Shown here: positions 40,613 through 54,204 of the stretch, one piece after another
How the letters are laid out: each line of letters starts with the position of its first letter
How positions within the stretch are numbered: position 1 is the stretch's first letter
NCBI RefSeq assembly: GCF_026210795.1
Contig: NC_089436.1
Location: forward strand, 1,426,001 to 1,490,000
Source: Rhizophagus irregularis
Taxonomy: Eukaryota
Reading direction: 5' to 3'
DNA: 64,000 bases
Translations under genes and position numbers: made by a program
The notes under the pieces: model-generated
What the model was told of the DNA's origin: nothing
Seen by the model: the letters and a program-made list of their open reading frames with translations, nothing else
The model's database searches: none

Positions 40613-42607
40613 ATGGGAGCGTGTTTGTCTCGGAATAATAAAAGTAATGATAATAATAACATGAGGGAAATATTGCTCTATAGAGGAGAATTTTTGGGAG
40701 CAGATTTAAGAGCAATGTTTAATAATCCGGTGTATAGTGACATTATAATTACATGTAAAGATGGAGGAGTAGTATATGGGAGTAAATTATTATTAGCGGC
40801 AAGATCAGATGTATTTGCTCGATTGATATTAAATAACGAAGAAAATAACAATAGGAATAATAATAGAGAAAGTAGAAATACTTTCAGTAGTAATGATAAT
40901 CATATAACATTTACAGAATTTAGTTCATCAACATTATTAATAATATTAGAATTTTTATATATGGGAGATATAATGATAGAATCATTAACATTAAATAATA
41001 TAGTAGAAGCATATTTAGGAGCGGAATATTTTTTATTAGCAGGACTGGAAGAAATTATCATAACATTTTTGGATAACGCATTAAAATGTAGCGCAGATAA
41101 TAATTTAGCAGCCAAGTTATTAACACAGGCATCAGAATTCATGTTACCATCGTCAGATGACCTATTTTTTCGTACGTTACATAATAGTTTGGTTGTAACA
41201 CCTTTGGAAACTATTGAATATCATAATTTAACAGCTGAGGGGTTATCATTTATATTATCGCCCACTAATATGGATACAACTTATGAAGAATTTGTTACAC
41301 CAGAATATGGTGTATTTCGTTATATTGTTTTATGGGCAGCACATCATTGTAATAACAATAATTTAGTCGTATCATACTTTGAACCATTATTACCGCCATC
41401 GGATCATGCTGAACATTTAGATGCGAATGAGATAGAACAATTAAGAAAATCGCATGAAAAAAATAAAAAAAAATCAAAATCCAAAGAAATCAAAGATATG
41501 ATTATGGCATTATTAAATCCATTATTACCATTTGTAGATTTTAAATTAATTCATCCTTCAGTATTAGCGAATATAATTGAACCGTTGGATATTATAGTGC
41601 CAAATGATATGTTAAATGAAGCTTTTAAATATCAAGCTCAATTACCTGCAGGTTCAGGTCCAGGACGTAATCGTGGTACTATAGCAGCTAAACCCGAAAA
41701 TTTGAGATTTCAGTGGAGTCAACAAGCTCATGGTAAACAATGTGTTTTATTGGAAAACGATGTTGCATTAAAATCAAATACGAGAAAATACGAATGGGCT
41801 AGAGCGTCGCTACCTATTCGAGGCCACGAAATTTATGAATGGGATATTTATATTGAAGAATCTTGTAAACATCTTTGGATTGGCGTTTGTACCGAAAGAA
41901 GAGATAAAGTAAATTATTCTTCTTATTTGGGAGGGACCAATTACGGTTGGGTATTAGGTTCAAATGGATTACTTTATCATAATAATCAATTGAATCAGTC
42001 ATATTCTAAAGGATATGGTGTTAAATTTGGTAAGGGTGATAGAGTTACTGTACACCTTAATATGGGTAGTAGATCTTTAGCTTATTCTATTAATGGTATT
42101 AGACACGGTGAAGCTTGGAATACTTTACCTGCTGAACTTTATCCTGCAGTATCTCTTAAGAAACCTGCTAAAGTCAGAATTGAAATGCACAAAAAACCAA
42201 TTATAATTGATAATTCCAAATATATGATGCCTCAATTAGCTCATACATCCAACTTATCCAACTTATCCAACATGTCCAACATGTCCAACATGTCTCACTC
42301 ATCCAACTATTCTCACTCGGTCAATTTACCTCACTCAGCCAATTTACCTCGCTCAATTCACTCACCTCACTCACCTCACTCACCTCACGCACCTCACGCG
42401 CCTCTTACATCTCACACATCTCATTCACCTCATAGACCTCAGTCACCTCACAGATCTCAATCGCCTCATTCACCTCACAGACCTAACTCGCCTCATTCAC
42501 CTCATCCAAATATTCGAATAAATACTTCGATTATTTCTCCCATTATTTCTCCCATTAACACTCCTATTAACACTCCTAGACCTACATCGCAGGTGACGGC
42601 TGAATAA
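40613..42607 (+). CDS. BTB/POZ + SPRY(B30.2) domain protein with His/Ser/Pro-repeat tail
   Basis: YSDIIITC...SKLLLAARSDVF...ILEFLY BTB; YEWDI...WIGV...GDRVTVHLNM..RSLAYSING...LYPAVSL SPRY; (HSP)n tail. Confidence 0.88.
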   Translation: MGACLSRNNKSNDNNNMREILLYRGEFLGADLRAMFNNPVYSDIIITCKDGGVVYGSKLLLAARSDVFARLILNNEENNNRNNNRESRNTFSSNDNHITFTEFSSSTLLIILEFLYMGDIMIESLTLNNIVEAYLGAEYFLLAGLEEIIITFLDNALKCSADNNLAAKLLTQASEFMLPSSDDLFFRTLHNSLVVTPLETIEYHNLTAEGLSFILSPTNMDTTYEEFVTPEYGVFRYIVLWAAHHCNNNNLVVSYFEPLLPPSDHAEHLDANEIEQLRKSHEKNKKKSKSKEIKDMIMALLNPLLPFVDFKLIHPSVLANIIEPLDIIVPNDMLNEAFKYQAQLPAGSGPGRNRGTIAAKPENLRFQWSQQAHGKQCVLLENDVALKSNTRKYEWARASLPIRGHEIYEWDIYIEESCKHLWIGVCTERRDKVNYSSYLGGTNYGWVLGSNGLLYHNNQLNQSYSKGYGVKFGKGDRVTVHLNMGSRSLAYSINGIRHGEAWNTLPAELYPAVSLKKPAKVRIEMHKKPIIIDNSKYMMPQLAHTSNLSNLSNMSNMSNMSHSSNYSHSVNLPHSANLPRSIHSPHSPHSPHAPHAPLTSHTSHSPHRPQSPHRSQSPHSPHRPNSPHSPHPNIRINTSIISPIISPINTPINTPRPTSQVTAE

Positions 42608-43174
42608 GAGAGGGAGGGAATAGTGTTAGGCGATCAAAATATATTTTATTAGCATATTCTTTGTATAATTTTTTATTTTATTTATTGTATTAATTAGAAA
42701 CAAAACTTTATATACAGTATACACTAGTACATAAACATATATATATTAATAAAAAAAAAATCATCTTTACTTATTGTTACATTACATGTTTTGAAAATAA
42801 ATTAATTTCTGATAATCATCTTATGATGATCGCCAAAAAACTCGACTGCCACGTCTCTTGTCAAAAATTTACCTACTACTTTCAGTAAAGATTTACCTTA
42901 AAGAAATTCCAATTATCAATAATAATTTGAGAAAATCCTTTACTTTATTTTATATTTACATTCATAAAGTAGAAGGAAAAAAATACTTTTCGGGGGATAT
43001 TTCTTAAATAGATTAAAGTTTTATTGTCTGTTATCTATTGGCTACTCGGCTGATCTACGTCTCGACTTGGTTACAATGGACAAAAAATTTTTTATATATA
43101 AAATCCACCATATTTTAACTTACCAATTTTACGATTTTTTTTTTTTTTAATTTAATATAAATATAAAATAAAAT

Positions 43175-45132
43175 ATGGTGAGGGATCTTATCATTTAATT
43201 TTTTTAAACTAAAAAAAAAAATTTTAAATTCAATATTAGGATATTTTTATGTAAACCTATCCAAAATAATCCTTTAAATAAATCCATTTAATTTTCTTTT
43301 AACACAATAAATACTTTTTTTTTAGAGTAATAAAACAACTCCCCTATTGAATGATGATCATGAATTAATTATCGTCGGAGCAGGAATCGCAGGAAGTGTT
43401 TGCGCAGCAACCTTTGGTAAACAAGGAAGAAAGGTTTTACTTATTGGTAATTATTTAATTAAATTATTATAATCACGTGGAATTTGACATGTCTAACATA
43501 AAAATTGTACTTAGAAAGAGATTTAAGTGAACCAGATAGGATAGTTGGAGAATTATTACAACCGGGTGGAGTAGCTGCACTAACTAAATTAGGTTTATCA
43601 AGTAAGTCAATAATGCTTATTTTAATTACAATTCTTATAATAAAAATTATTTTTATTTATATATTAGATTGTTTGGAAAATATCGATGCAATTCCATGCC
43701 ATGGTTATGGAATATTTTATAAAGGAGAAAATGTGCATGTTTTGTATCCACCTTCTGGTGGTAAACCTTCTATTGGTAAATCATTTCATCATGGTAGATT
43801 TATTATGAACCTAAGAAAAGCTGCTGCAGAGACTCCCAAGTAAATATGATTTGATGAGAAGTTTAAAAAGATTAATAAGTATAAGTAATTGATTGTTGTT
43901 AATACAGTGTTACGATATTTGAGGGAACGGCGAATGAGATCCTTAAATGTCCAATGACTGATCGTGTATTAGGAGTCATGTGCACTCCTAAAGGACAATC
44001 TGGCATTACAAAAATGGTATATCGCACATGTTGTTTTATACACTTCGAATTAAAGTTTTAATTTTTTCTTTTTTCTTCTTAGTTTTTTGCGTCATTGACA
44101 ATTATAGCAGATGGATGTTTTTCTAAATTTAGAAAAAACTTTATTTCGAAACAAGTTGCAGTAAAATCCAATTTTGTAGGATTTATATTGAAAGATGCTA
44201 AATTACCATTACCTAATCATGGACATGTCATATTAGGTAGATCCCCAATCTTAATGTATCAAATTGATACAAGAGAAACTCGCGTATTAATTGATATACC
44301 TGGCAAATTACCAAGCAACGGCAATGGGTCCTTAAAAAAATATATTGAAAATGAAGTGTTACCTATTATACCAAAAAGTGTACAATCTTCTTTTTATGAT
44401 GCTCTTCAAAGTGAAAGATTAAGAAGTATGCCAAATAACTTTTTACCTCCTTCCATTAATATTAATGAAGGTTTAATTCTTTTGGGTGATGCTATGAATA
44501 TGAGACATCCATTAACTGGAGGTAAGCAAATTTATTATCAATTGACTTGTATTTAATATATATCAATGACAAACTCTCATTAATGTGACAGGTGGCATGA
44601 CCGTGGCATTTAATGATGTAGCTATTTTATCAGATTTATTATCACGTGATAATGTTCCAGATTTTGATGATTCGAACTTAATTTTGGCTCAAATGCAAGT
44701 TTTTCATTGGAAAAGAAAATTTTATTCAAGTACCGTTATTAATATACTTGCTCAAGCTTTATATGCTTTATTTGCTGGTGATGGAGATGAGTATTTAAGA
44801 ATTTTGAGAGAAGCTACTTTCAATTATTTGAGATTAGGAGGAATTTGTGCTTCTGATCCATGTGGTTTATTAGGAGGGTGAGTAGCTAACTAAATACTTA
44901 ACTGAAATTTATTTATCAACTAATTACAATTTTAATCATTGTTTTTAGATTAATTCCAAATCCAACAGTTTTAGTTGGTCATTTTTTTGCTGTTGCTATT
45001 TATGGAACTTACAAATTATTTATTAATGGAAAATTAACAGATTTTCCTCAAAATATTCCAAAAAGTATTTTAATACTTTATACTGCTTGTTTGGTTATAT
45101 TTCCTTTTATATGGTCTGAAATGTTGGCTTAA
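43175..45132 (+). CDS. ERG1: Squalene epoxidase (multi-exon)
   Basis: [78 protein letters not shown], C-terminal TM segments. Confidence 0.97.
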
Positions 45133-45985
45133 AAAAAGTAGATTGAAAAAAATTTTAATAAATTAACTAATTAAATAATTTATTATTTTATATAATATAA
45201 ATATGTGAATAAAAAATTTATTAAGTTAAATTTTATTTATTAAATTATATAATGTATTGTTTTTTTTATTAAATTTAACAAAATATTTCTTAATAATAAT
45301 AAAATATTTAATAATAATTTATATTTTATAAAATAGTATATATTATACAAAATAAATATAAAAAATTTGATATTATATAATACTTTTATACTGATAGTAA
45401 GTTTTCTATTAATTAATATTCTATATTTTTTTTACTTTTAAATTCTTTATATTTTAATATTTTAATAAAAATAAAAAAAAAAATATTAATATATTTTCAT
45501 ATGAATTTTTCTAACTATCACCAAGAGGTGGTGACTGAAATTATGATGATCAACCAGCATTAAAAATATATAGTACCAATAAAAATTAATAATTCTGGCC
45601 AATGGTGATAATTACCTTCTGGTGATTTGAAGTGAAAAACTTTTCATATTTCTTTAATATAATTAAATTTTCCATTCCTTATTTTTAAATTCAATTTTAT
45701 TTAAAAAATTAAAAAAAACAAAATATATTTTTCTTTATTTTTTTTTTATAGAGTTTTTAATACTATAGATATGGAAAAAATTTAAAAATTACATTTGATT
45801 CATATTATGATAATTTGGGCTAGCATTATCACAATGCATGGAGTCAACCCAAATTATCATAAGTTCTGGCCAACATATTTTGGGCTGATTATATGAAAAT
45901 CATGCAATTTCAAATGCTTATAACTTTTTACATAGACCTTCTTTGACCAGTAATTTGATAGAACTTATCTCAAAGGATAAAGTTA

Positions 45986-46192
45986 AAGAATGGCCAGAAA
46001 TGACGTAATTTAAATTTTAGGATTTTTGATCCCTTCCCTATATCATCATTCATTTAGAAAATGTAAAATTAAAACACAATTCTGACTAAAATTATATTAA
46101 CTATAAGTGTCTAAAAATGGAGGCGTATAACATCATTATGGTCTTAACCCCCCTTCCCCCCTTAGGAAATGATGTCATTTCTGGCCATCCCC
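45986..46192. mobile_element. PIF/Harbinger-like MITE
   Basis: TIR AAGAATGGCCAGAAATGACGTAATTT / revcomp GGGGATGGCCAGAAATGACATCATTT. TTA TSD. Confidence 0.75.
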
Positions 46193-46523
46193 TTACCAGT
46201 AAATTATATTTTTTTTAAGAAATTGAAAGATTTTTAATTATTGCATTTTTATTGTCAAATATAAACTTTCAGCACCATACTTTACTAAAAATGGCCAATT
46301 TTTTGAAATGATTTTGTAATAATTTTAAAATACTACTAAAATACATTTAATATATTAAAATGTTTTTATTATACTTTAGTTATTATTTTGTAATTGTATT
46401 GTATCTAGGTCTATAAAAATATCTCAAAATAATATCACAATAATTTTTTAATGCTTTTATTATTATTTTATTATTATAATATAATTAACTTTGATATTAT
46501 TTTAATATTTTAATTTCAAAAAT

Positions 46524-46901
46524 TAGTGCTCCAAAACGAGTCGAGTTGACGTGCGAGTTGGTCGAGTCGAGTCGAGTCGAGTTGAAAATTACAATCAAAT
46601 CGAATCGATTCGAGTCGAGTTAATGATTTAATAAAATCGAGTCGAGTTGAGTTAAGCCGAATTAAACATAATTCCGGCCAAATTTATGGAATTTCCTTTT
46701 TTGGAAATTATGTTACACAAAATCCGAGACGAAAAATTTTTGAAAATTACAAAAATGGAATTTTGTGGAACGGCTATCGCCAGAAAAGGAAATGATCGGC
46801 ATAGCCGAATTAAAATCACGTGATTTAATTCGACTCGATTTAACTCAAGTCGAATCGAGTTTACATATAACTCGACTCAACTCAACTCGTTCGGAGCTCT
46901 A
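46524..46901. mobile_element. hAT-like MITE with (TCGAG)n subterminal repeats
   Basis: TIR TAGTGCTCCAAAACGAGT / revcomp TAGAGCTCCGAACGAGT. GAGTC/GACTC arrays at both ends. TSD not clear. Confidence 0.7.
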
Positions 46902-46955
46902 AATTCATATATAAAATTCTTTACAGATTCTATTATAAAAGGAAATTTTATATTA

Positions 46956-47122
46956 AGGCAATGACAGATATTACCTAATATTCTAGAAGGAGAGGAGGTA
47001 GTTGAAAATCTTAGGTTACATATATACTATATAAGAAAATTACATATATAATATATTTTACTTGGGGGAGGGGGAATAAGCTCTTATAATAAACTGATAT
47101 TAGGTAATATTTGTCATTGTCC
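46956..47122. mobile_element. Diverged second copy of the 15399-15555 Harbinger MITE
   Basis: TIR AGGCAATGACAGATATTACCTAATAT, TTA TSD, collinear internal sequence (ATCTTAGGTTA...TAAGCTCTTATA). Confidence 0.85.
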
Positions 47123-47199
47123 TTACATTATTATGATTTTTTTCTTTTTTAGCTAATTAACCAATAAAATTTAAAAAAAAAAGTAAGGTAAAAATTATT

Positions 47200-50163
47200 A
47201 GTAAAGAACCAATTTTCTATAATAACCTTTATTATAAGTAAGCAAAATTCTGTACTATCAGATAGGAAAACCTTCTAAAGAAGCAATTCAAATTCTTTGA
47301 TTTCATAGTTCTACTACCTATTTATTAAAATTGATTAATATAATAACTATTGTATTTTTTCTAATTCTTGATCTTTATAATAATCATATGATCCTATTTC
47401 TTAAGACATGAAAAAATGTTGAATTGGAACCAGATGAAAAGGATGTTGTATAAAGTTATTTTACAAACATTATCCTAAAATACTGGTTCATATTCAGTCA
47501 TAACTAATATGATTTATTTTGGTAAAGCATACTATTATTTTTTCTTAGTTAACTAAGTCTTATTATCTAATATCATATATTTATTTGTATTTAATTTTGT
47601 TCTACTATTGGAAGGAATTAAGGGAGTATTATAATTACTACTTATATTTAAATTTCTAAAGGCTATTTCTATAAAAGTAAAAATCTGTCTTTTTTCTTTT
47701 AGAATATAGAATATGGCTTTAGCATTTAATTTTGTGAAACTCTTAACAGAATTCTTTATTAAAGAAATCAGTTGCATATCATCTAATTGATATTTGTTAT
47801 TTTTAATAATTTTTATATTCATCAGTAAAATTTTATTTGATACTAGCATTCTGTTGATATTAACATTACAGCTTATTTTAGAATATCTGCTACTATATAA
47901 ATTAGATTTAATTTATAATTTTATAAATTATCATTATATATTTGACTTAATTTTAACTTATTATTTAATTCGTGATCTGTCTCCGAACCAGTAAAAACTA
48001 CTAATAAATTTTGGGAAACTGGTTTTACAAATTAATTATCCCTTAAATGGCTTTTGAGCTGATTTGCCCAGAATTTTTTTTTTTTAAGTGTTATATAATA
48101 ATGTTCTGAGTATATTGAATGATAAATTTGCATCGTCAAATATTAATATTACAAGTTTGATCAACATATACTGCCATTTAAGGTTACGTTGTTATACAAA
48201 TTGGCGATATTGCCTAAAAAGTAACCAGCTAAATTTGTATTACAACCCAGCTGAAAAATAGTGTAACCAATTGCTTAAAACTGAGGGAATCAAAGATCCA
48301 TCAAAAATTTTTACATTGAACGATTAGTTAAAAAATTTTTTCTTTAGCGACGCTAGATTCCTGCCTTTAAAAATGCCATAATTATTCAATACAAGAGGTA
48401 GGACAATCACAAAATTAATATTTTTTTATTAAAATATTATTTATATGCTGGTAAATAATTTATTTAAAGGTTATAAACAAGAAAAAACAAAAAAAAGTAT
48501 TAAAATTATTTATTTCTATTAAACACAGGTTGTCGGTGTATCTAGTAATTTTGAATAGTTAATACTTTTGGAATGTCAGTTCTTCTACTCTAATAATTTG
48601 TAAGTTCATTTCACATTTTCTGCGTGCTATATCTATTACTCTTATCTGAATTTCTCACTAAATTAATTTGCAAAATAATTCCCCAAAATGTATTGGTAGA
48701 TTTCACTGGTTTGGAGACGGATCACGAATTAATAGTTATAAACATAGTTATATTTAATTATAAAATAGATTAATAAGAAAAAATAATTGTTATTAATAAA
48801 AAAATTATTTAATTTTTCTTTATTAAAATAAGATTTAATTATTTAAATTTTCAAATCCTTTATTTATTTTTTTGCTTTATTATAAAATTTGCTTTATTTT
48901 TATAATTTTTAAATATTCTAATATATATAAAGTTCAAAATTTCTAATTTTAATTGGAAAAAAAATTCCTCTCTAGTCATATAATTAGTAAAGACCCTGGA
49001 TATCACATATATAACTCATAACTGATCTGCATAAATTTAGCATTTTTTGCTCCTGCTAAAATAAACCTAATTTACTAAAAATCAAATTATCACATTTTAA
49101 ATCTATACTAATTTTCTAAAACTCAAAATATGAGTTATAGTAAAATTCTAAATAATATAAGTTTAAATTTGCTTAATAAAATATAATTTTAGTTTATTAA
49201 AATTATTTGTAAATCAGTAAATTTAATTGTCAATTTAAACTTTCATTTGTTTTATCTTCAAGTAATGCAGTTGCAATAAGTCATGTATAATTACAATTAT
49301 TTATAATTGCAAAAAAATAAGTCATTATATTATATTTGTTAGTTTGAGATGTAATATCAAAAAATAGAATATCATAATAATACATTCATAAAAATTGTTG
49401 ATCTGATGTCATCTATAATAATCCACATAATTATCATTCAATTCCATTAAATTTAGTTTTTATAAACCAATATGAGTCATTTATTTGTTGTAAATATAAA
49501 ATTTTATTAAATTTGAAGTATCAAATTCAATTCTTGATAATAATTTCTTTTTTAAAATTTAGATGGCATTATATAAATTTTTCTATTAGATTTTTCTTTT
49601 AAGAAACTTTTCTCTTAAAAGCCAATTAATGGTTTATATGCCAATTATTTTATTTTGTATACAAAAATCTATAAATTGAATCATATCTTTACCAAGCTTA
49701 CGATATTTAGTAATATTAGTTGAAGAAAAAAGTATCATTTGATGATTGTATTTATCAACACAGTAATGAACAAAATTCTTAAAGAGTTTTTTAAAAGATT
49801 TCCATTAACTCTCCATTTATATTCTGTAACTTTAGACTGGTGATTTCTTTGATTATTTGTTTATAGTTACTTGCATAATAATATTTCTAATTAATTTTTC
49901 ATAGGATTTTATTATCATTATTTTCAGTTCTTTTCTGCTAAATACTAAAACCTTTCTTTAACATATAATCATTTAAAAATTTCTCTGCTTTATTCCAAAT
50001 TTGAAAAGTTTATTCTAAAGTTAAGTTTGAAATTGGATTTTCAATATCTTTTTAGATAAAAAATTGACAATTAGAAAATTTTGATGTTGTTTATCATGTA
50101 ATAATTCAACATTTGTTAAAGTTTCATTCAAAGAAAAATTAAAAATTTTTTCAGTCATTTCTA
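47200..50163 (-). pseudogene. Heavily decayed Mutator/FAR1-type transposase
   Basis: Minus-strand remnants TFQIWNKAEKFLNDY...FSI (FAR1-like), D.T.QTNKY and IATALLEDKTNESL.. (MULE DDE-like), with many stops. The distal part (~47200-47960) is less certain. Confidence 0.55.
47971..48726. mobile_element. Non-autonomous TIR element with ~75-bp TIRs and AATT flanks
   Basis: CGTGATCTGTCTCCGAACCAGTAAAAACTAC... / revcomp CGTGATCCGTCTCCAAACCAGTGAAATCTAC. AATT at 47967-47970 and 48727-48730. Confidence 0.8.
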
Positions 50164-51570
50164 TAATGAGAAATTGTATAACAAGTAACAAAAAAAGTTT
50201 ACAATTGTAAAGTTTATTGTAATATGTAAAGCAAGCTTTTTATATGATTTATACAAATCATATGGAATCAGTATCATGTAAAAGAAGAAAATTTACCTCT
50301 GGTGAAATGTAATTATTTCCTATAAAGTTAATTTATAAATTAAAATTAATTATAATTTTTATTTTATATTTTTAAAGAATATAAAATAATTTTTTCAAAT
50401 ACATCTAAAAGGATTAATTACCATTAAAAACTTGCAATAATCTATATATTTTTAATGATAAGATTTGAAAAATTAAATTCAAATCTTCAAAATCTAATCA
50501 AAATATTTTTCCATAATTTTTTTCTTGACTTATAATTGGATTATCTTTTCTTTATATAAGCAAATATATGATTTTTAAATTTCAATATAGAATTGCAATT
50601 TTTTATATTATAAAATATCTTTTGCAACTTTATTTTTATATTTTCTGTAATAAAACTAAAAATATATCCTATTAATTTATATAATATATATTTAATATCT
50701 TTTTCATCATTAGTTATAAATGGAACTTTTAGTATAAGTAAATGAAGTAATATTTATTACAATTAAATTATTTACAAAGTTTTACAAAGTTATCAATTTG
50801 TTAATAATTCACTTTTAAAAAAAATCTTTTTATTATAAATTGAAGCTGGCAATTTATAAATAAAATATAATATTTTGTGTAAATTTTTACTAAATTTTAT
50901 AGTTTTATTATTATTTTTTTTATAATAATTTTCATATAATTTTTTATTTGATGATTTTTTTTCAAATTTTTTAAATTTAGATTTTTTTCTTTAAATAGTT
51001 TTTCAGATAATTTTAGATTTTTTTTTATCATAATAATCTCGGATTTTTTTATCAGGTAGCCCTTCAATTAGTTTTCAGATTAATTTTAAATTTTTTTCAT
51101 CAGATAGCCTCTCAAGCTGGTAATTTTTTATATAATCTCAAATTTTTTTTATCAAATACCTCTTTAGTTAGTTTCTTAGGTAATTTTAGATCTTTCCAAT
51201 AGATAATAATTCTAGATTTTCTTTATAAAAACTTCTCTTTAAATATTTTAAATATCTGATATTCTGACTTTTTATCAAGTTTATCTTTATTCTTTCTATA
51301 TAAGTTAATACTGTATCATTAATATTTATTTTCTTTATTTTTCTTTTTTTTTATCTTCATTATCATTATTTATATCATTACTGTTATTTTTATCAAAACT
51401 ATTATCTTTATTATCCTTAACATTTGTTTTAAAAGTTAATAATTAAGTAGAAAAAAAGATTATATTTTAATAAAACTTAACTAAAGTTTTAATATTAATA
51501 GAATTATCAGTAATAGTATTACAAGTACTTTCTATAAAATAAGAAAAACAATTACTTTCATACTTTTTTG

Positions 51571-51874
51571 GGTATCCGATCAAAATCTCGACAGTCACTT
51601 GCACGACTAACACAAGATCGACAACAAAATCTCGACAATCCAAAATCTCGGCAATCCAAAATCCCTACAAGTCATTATATCGACAATTTTGTAATGTGTA
51701 TTCTAATAAAAAAATTTGTTGCAATATGTATAATATTTAGTTTAAATATGTTATAATTTTGTCGGGATTTTGACTTGTCAGGATTTTGACTTGTCAAAGA
51801 TATTGGATTGTCGAGATTTTGATGTCGGTCTTGTGTCAGTCGCTCAAATGATTTTCGAGATTTCGTACCAAACC
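51571..51874 (+). mobile_element. Mutator-like MITE, copy 1
   Basis: Near-identical to 54364-54664. Long imperfect TIRs with AAAATCTCGAC repeats. Partial TSD (c)TTTTTTG. Confidence 0.85.
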
Positions 51875-52174
51875 TTTTTTGTTATTAGTTAATTTCTGCA
51901 AAATTAAGGAAAGAATTCGGAATTATAAAGAATTGATTCTATTTTAAAAATAAACTTATGCACTTTATTTGAGAATGATGCAATAATTAATTAATTATGC
52001 AAAGAGAAAATTATAGCATTACAAAAGATTGATTGTTTTTTTTAGTATTTTGTAATAACGATGCTCATTAATGATTATTTATAAGTATACCTATTTGGTG
52101 AATGGTATAATAATGTATATTAATATATATTACCTATTATCTCAGCTGTAATTGTTATTGGGGTAAAAAACTAA

Positions 52175-52885
52175 TCATTTTTTTCCAACACTTTTTACAA
52201 CAACATTAGTTACAGCACTTTTTGAACCACTTGTATCAGCACTTTGACCACTTGTATCAGCACTTAGACCAGGTCCATCTCTTAGGAATCTACATTCTCC
52301 GTAACCTAATTCTTCAATTTCCCAAGAATTGTGGTCGGAACCAAAAAATACTATACACGTATCACTTGTATAATCGTGATCAATATAATACCAATAAGGA
52401 GTATCTTGTTGCGTACGAAAATTAATTCGATATGGTGTAGTACTATCTAAAGTTTGCAAAGTTATAATGTCATTTTTCGGAACTACTCCTGAATCACCAT
52501 TTTGGGGCATATGACCTCCACAATAGAAATTAATATATTCATCATGATGACTTAGACCACCAGGTATATAGGTTATGAAATTATGATTCGAATCTTCCAT
52601 CCAAAGACTACAAACATCATAGTCTGTAAAAAAAAAAAATAAGAATAATTAATATACAATTTTTTATAAATTTAATCATTAAATTTAAGACTTTCTTACT
52701 ATTTCCAAAGAGTGGCAAGACTAGAACCTCGAATGCTATTATATATCAAATAAATAAATTAAATTGTTATAAAGAATCGATTTAATATATATTTAAAAAA
52801 CATTACCTTCAGTGCCTGGTACAAAAGGTGTGATACCCATTAGACAGAAGATAATGGTAAGAATGAAAAAAGTTAGATGTTGCAT
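52175..52885 (-). CDS. Small secreted orphan protein (~190 aa, 3 exons), candidate effector
   Basis: Exon 1 MQHLTFFILTIIFCLMGITPFVPGTE (signal-peptide-like) splices in frame via GT-AG introns to AFEVLVLPLFGN and NYDVCSLWMEDSNH..., joining ORF 52175-52600. Confidence 0.75.
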
Positions 52886-54204
52886 GATGGAAATTGCTAT
52901 TGATATATTAATGATGTTTTAATTTTCTTCAAGATGTAATAACAATTTATCTCAAGTTCCATTGAGAAAGGTATGTGCATATATATATAATTTTTTAGTG
53001 AAAAAGAAATCATAGTTATACTTTTTCATTTTCGTACTAAATCTATTAAATCTATTGAAATGAAAAATTGAAATATGCATGAATCTTTGCTTCATTCTTA
53101 GTGTGAAAATGGTATATCTCAATTAAATAACAATAACACCTCTATAAAAAATTTTATCCGTTATTTCTGTAATAACTCCGTAAAATGAATAACGATAAAT
53201 TCCGTTATTAATTCCGGAAATATGAGCCTTTTACGGAAAAAAGATTAAATATAAAAAACGGATCGACTTTTTTTACAGGGCACAAAAATGGAGTGTACTT
53301 CTTACCACAAATGAAAATAAACCTATTTTAGTAATTACAACGAATTCGCTATGCCGAAAATGTAGTACATTTGTTTATTTCATTATTTGACATTTTTGAC
53401 ATATTGTGAGATTGGAAAAAATTAGACCAATTAAATTATCGGCCCATTCTAATCAATGATGATTTAGGCCAGTGGAACATGGTTTGATTGAAAATTTACT
53501 CATTTTATAAAAGTAATTTGGGTATATCATGTGATAGATACTAATATAGATTTATAAATTACGTGATACAATTTTAATTTTTTTTCATAAATACTTTAGC
53601 AGAATAGCATTTATTAAGGTACGGAGTAAACCCGCGTGTCGTAACGCCATGATGATCGCATCAAATTACAGCTTATTCGAATGGTAAATTAAAATGGTGT
53701 TTATCGCCGTTTTCAGAAATATGTGTATTTGTTATTTTGTAAAAGTAGTTCACGTGCAAAATTCGAAACTCGAAATTTTGTGTAACAATTAAAAATTATC
53801 CAATAATATTTATCCAGATTTCACGTGCTAACTATTAATAATTAATTATCACACCTTCGCGTACAAAAAACAATTACAATGAGTAATTGCGAAGTTGAAA
53901 AACCAGAAACCTTTAGTATAAATGTATAATATTAAATAGGAACCTGTTATATACATGTCAAAAGTGCCTTTACTGTAATACTATTAAACCAACAATGCAA
54001 CAAACTTTTCTTATCTTTTACAAGTGAATCTAAAATCTGTAATATCAAATGTTTAATCAATAAATAATTTATCAATTAATAAATTAAACATTAGTAATAG
54101 TTAGGGCGAACCATATTACTTTTAATTATTAATATTTATCTTAATCAATAAAGTAATTTTACAATAATAATAAATCAAAATAAATACATTTAAAACAACA
54201 AGAT

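Noticed and set aside
50900..51560. Degenerate repeat or ORF relic
   Set aside because: Too decayed to define a unit or product.
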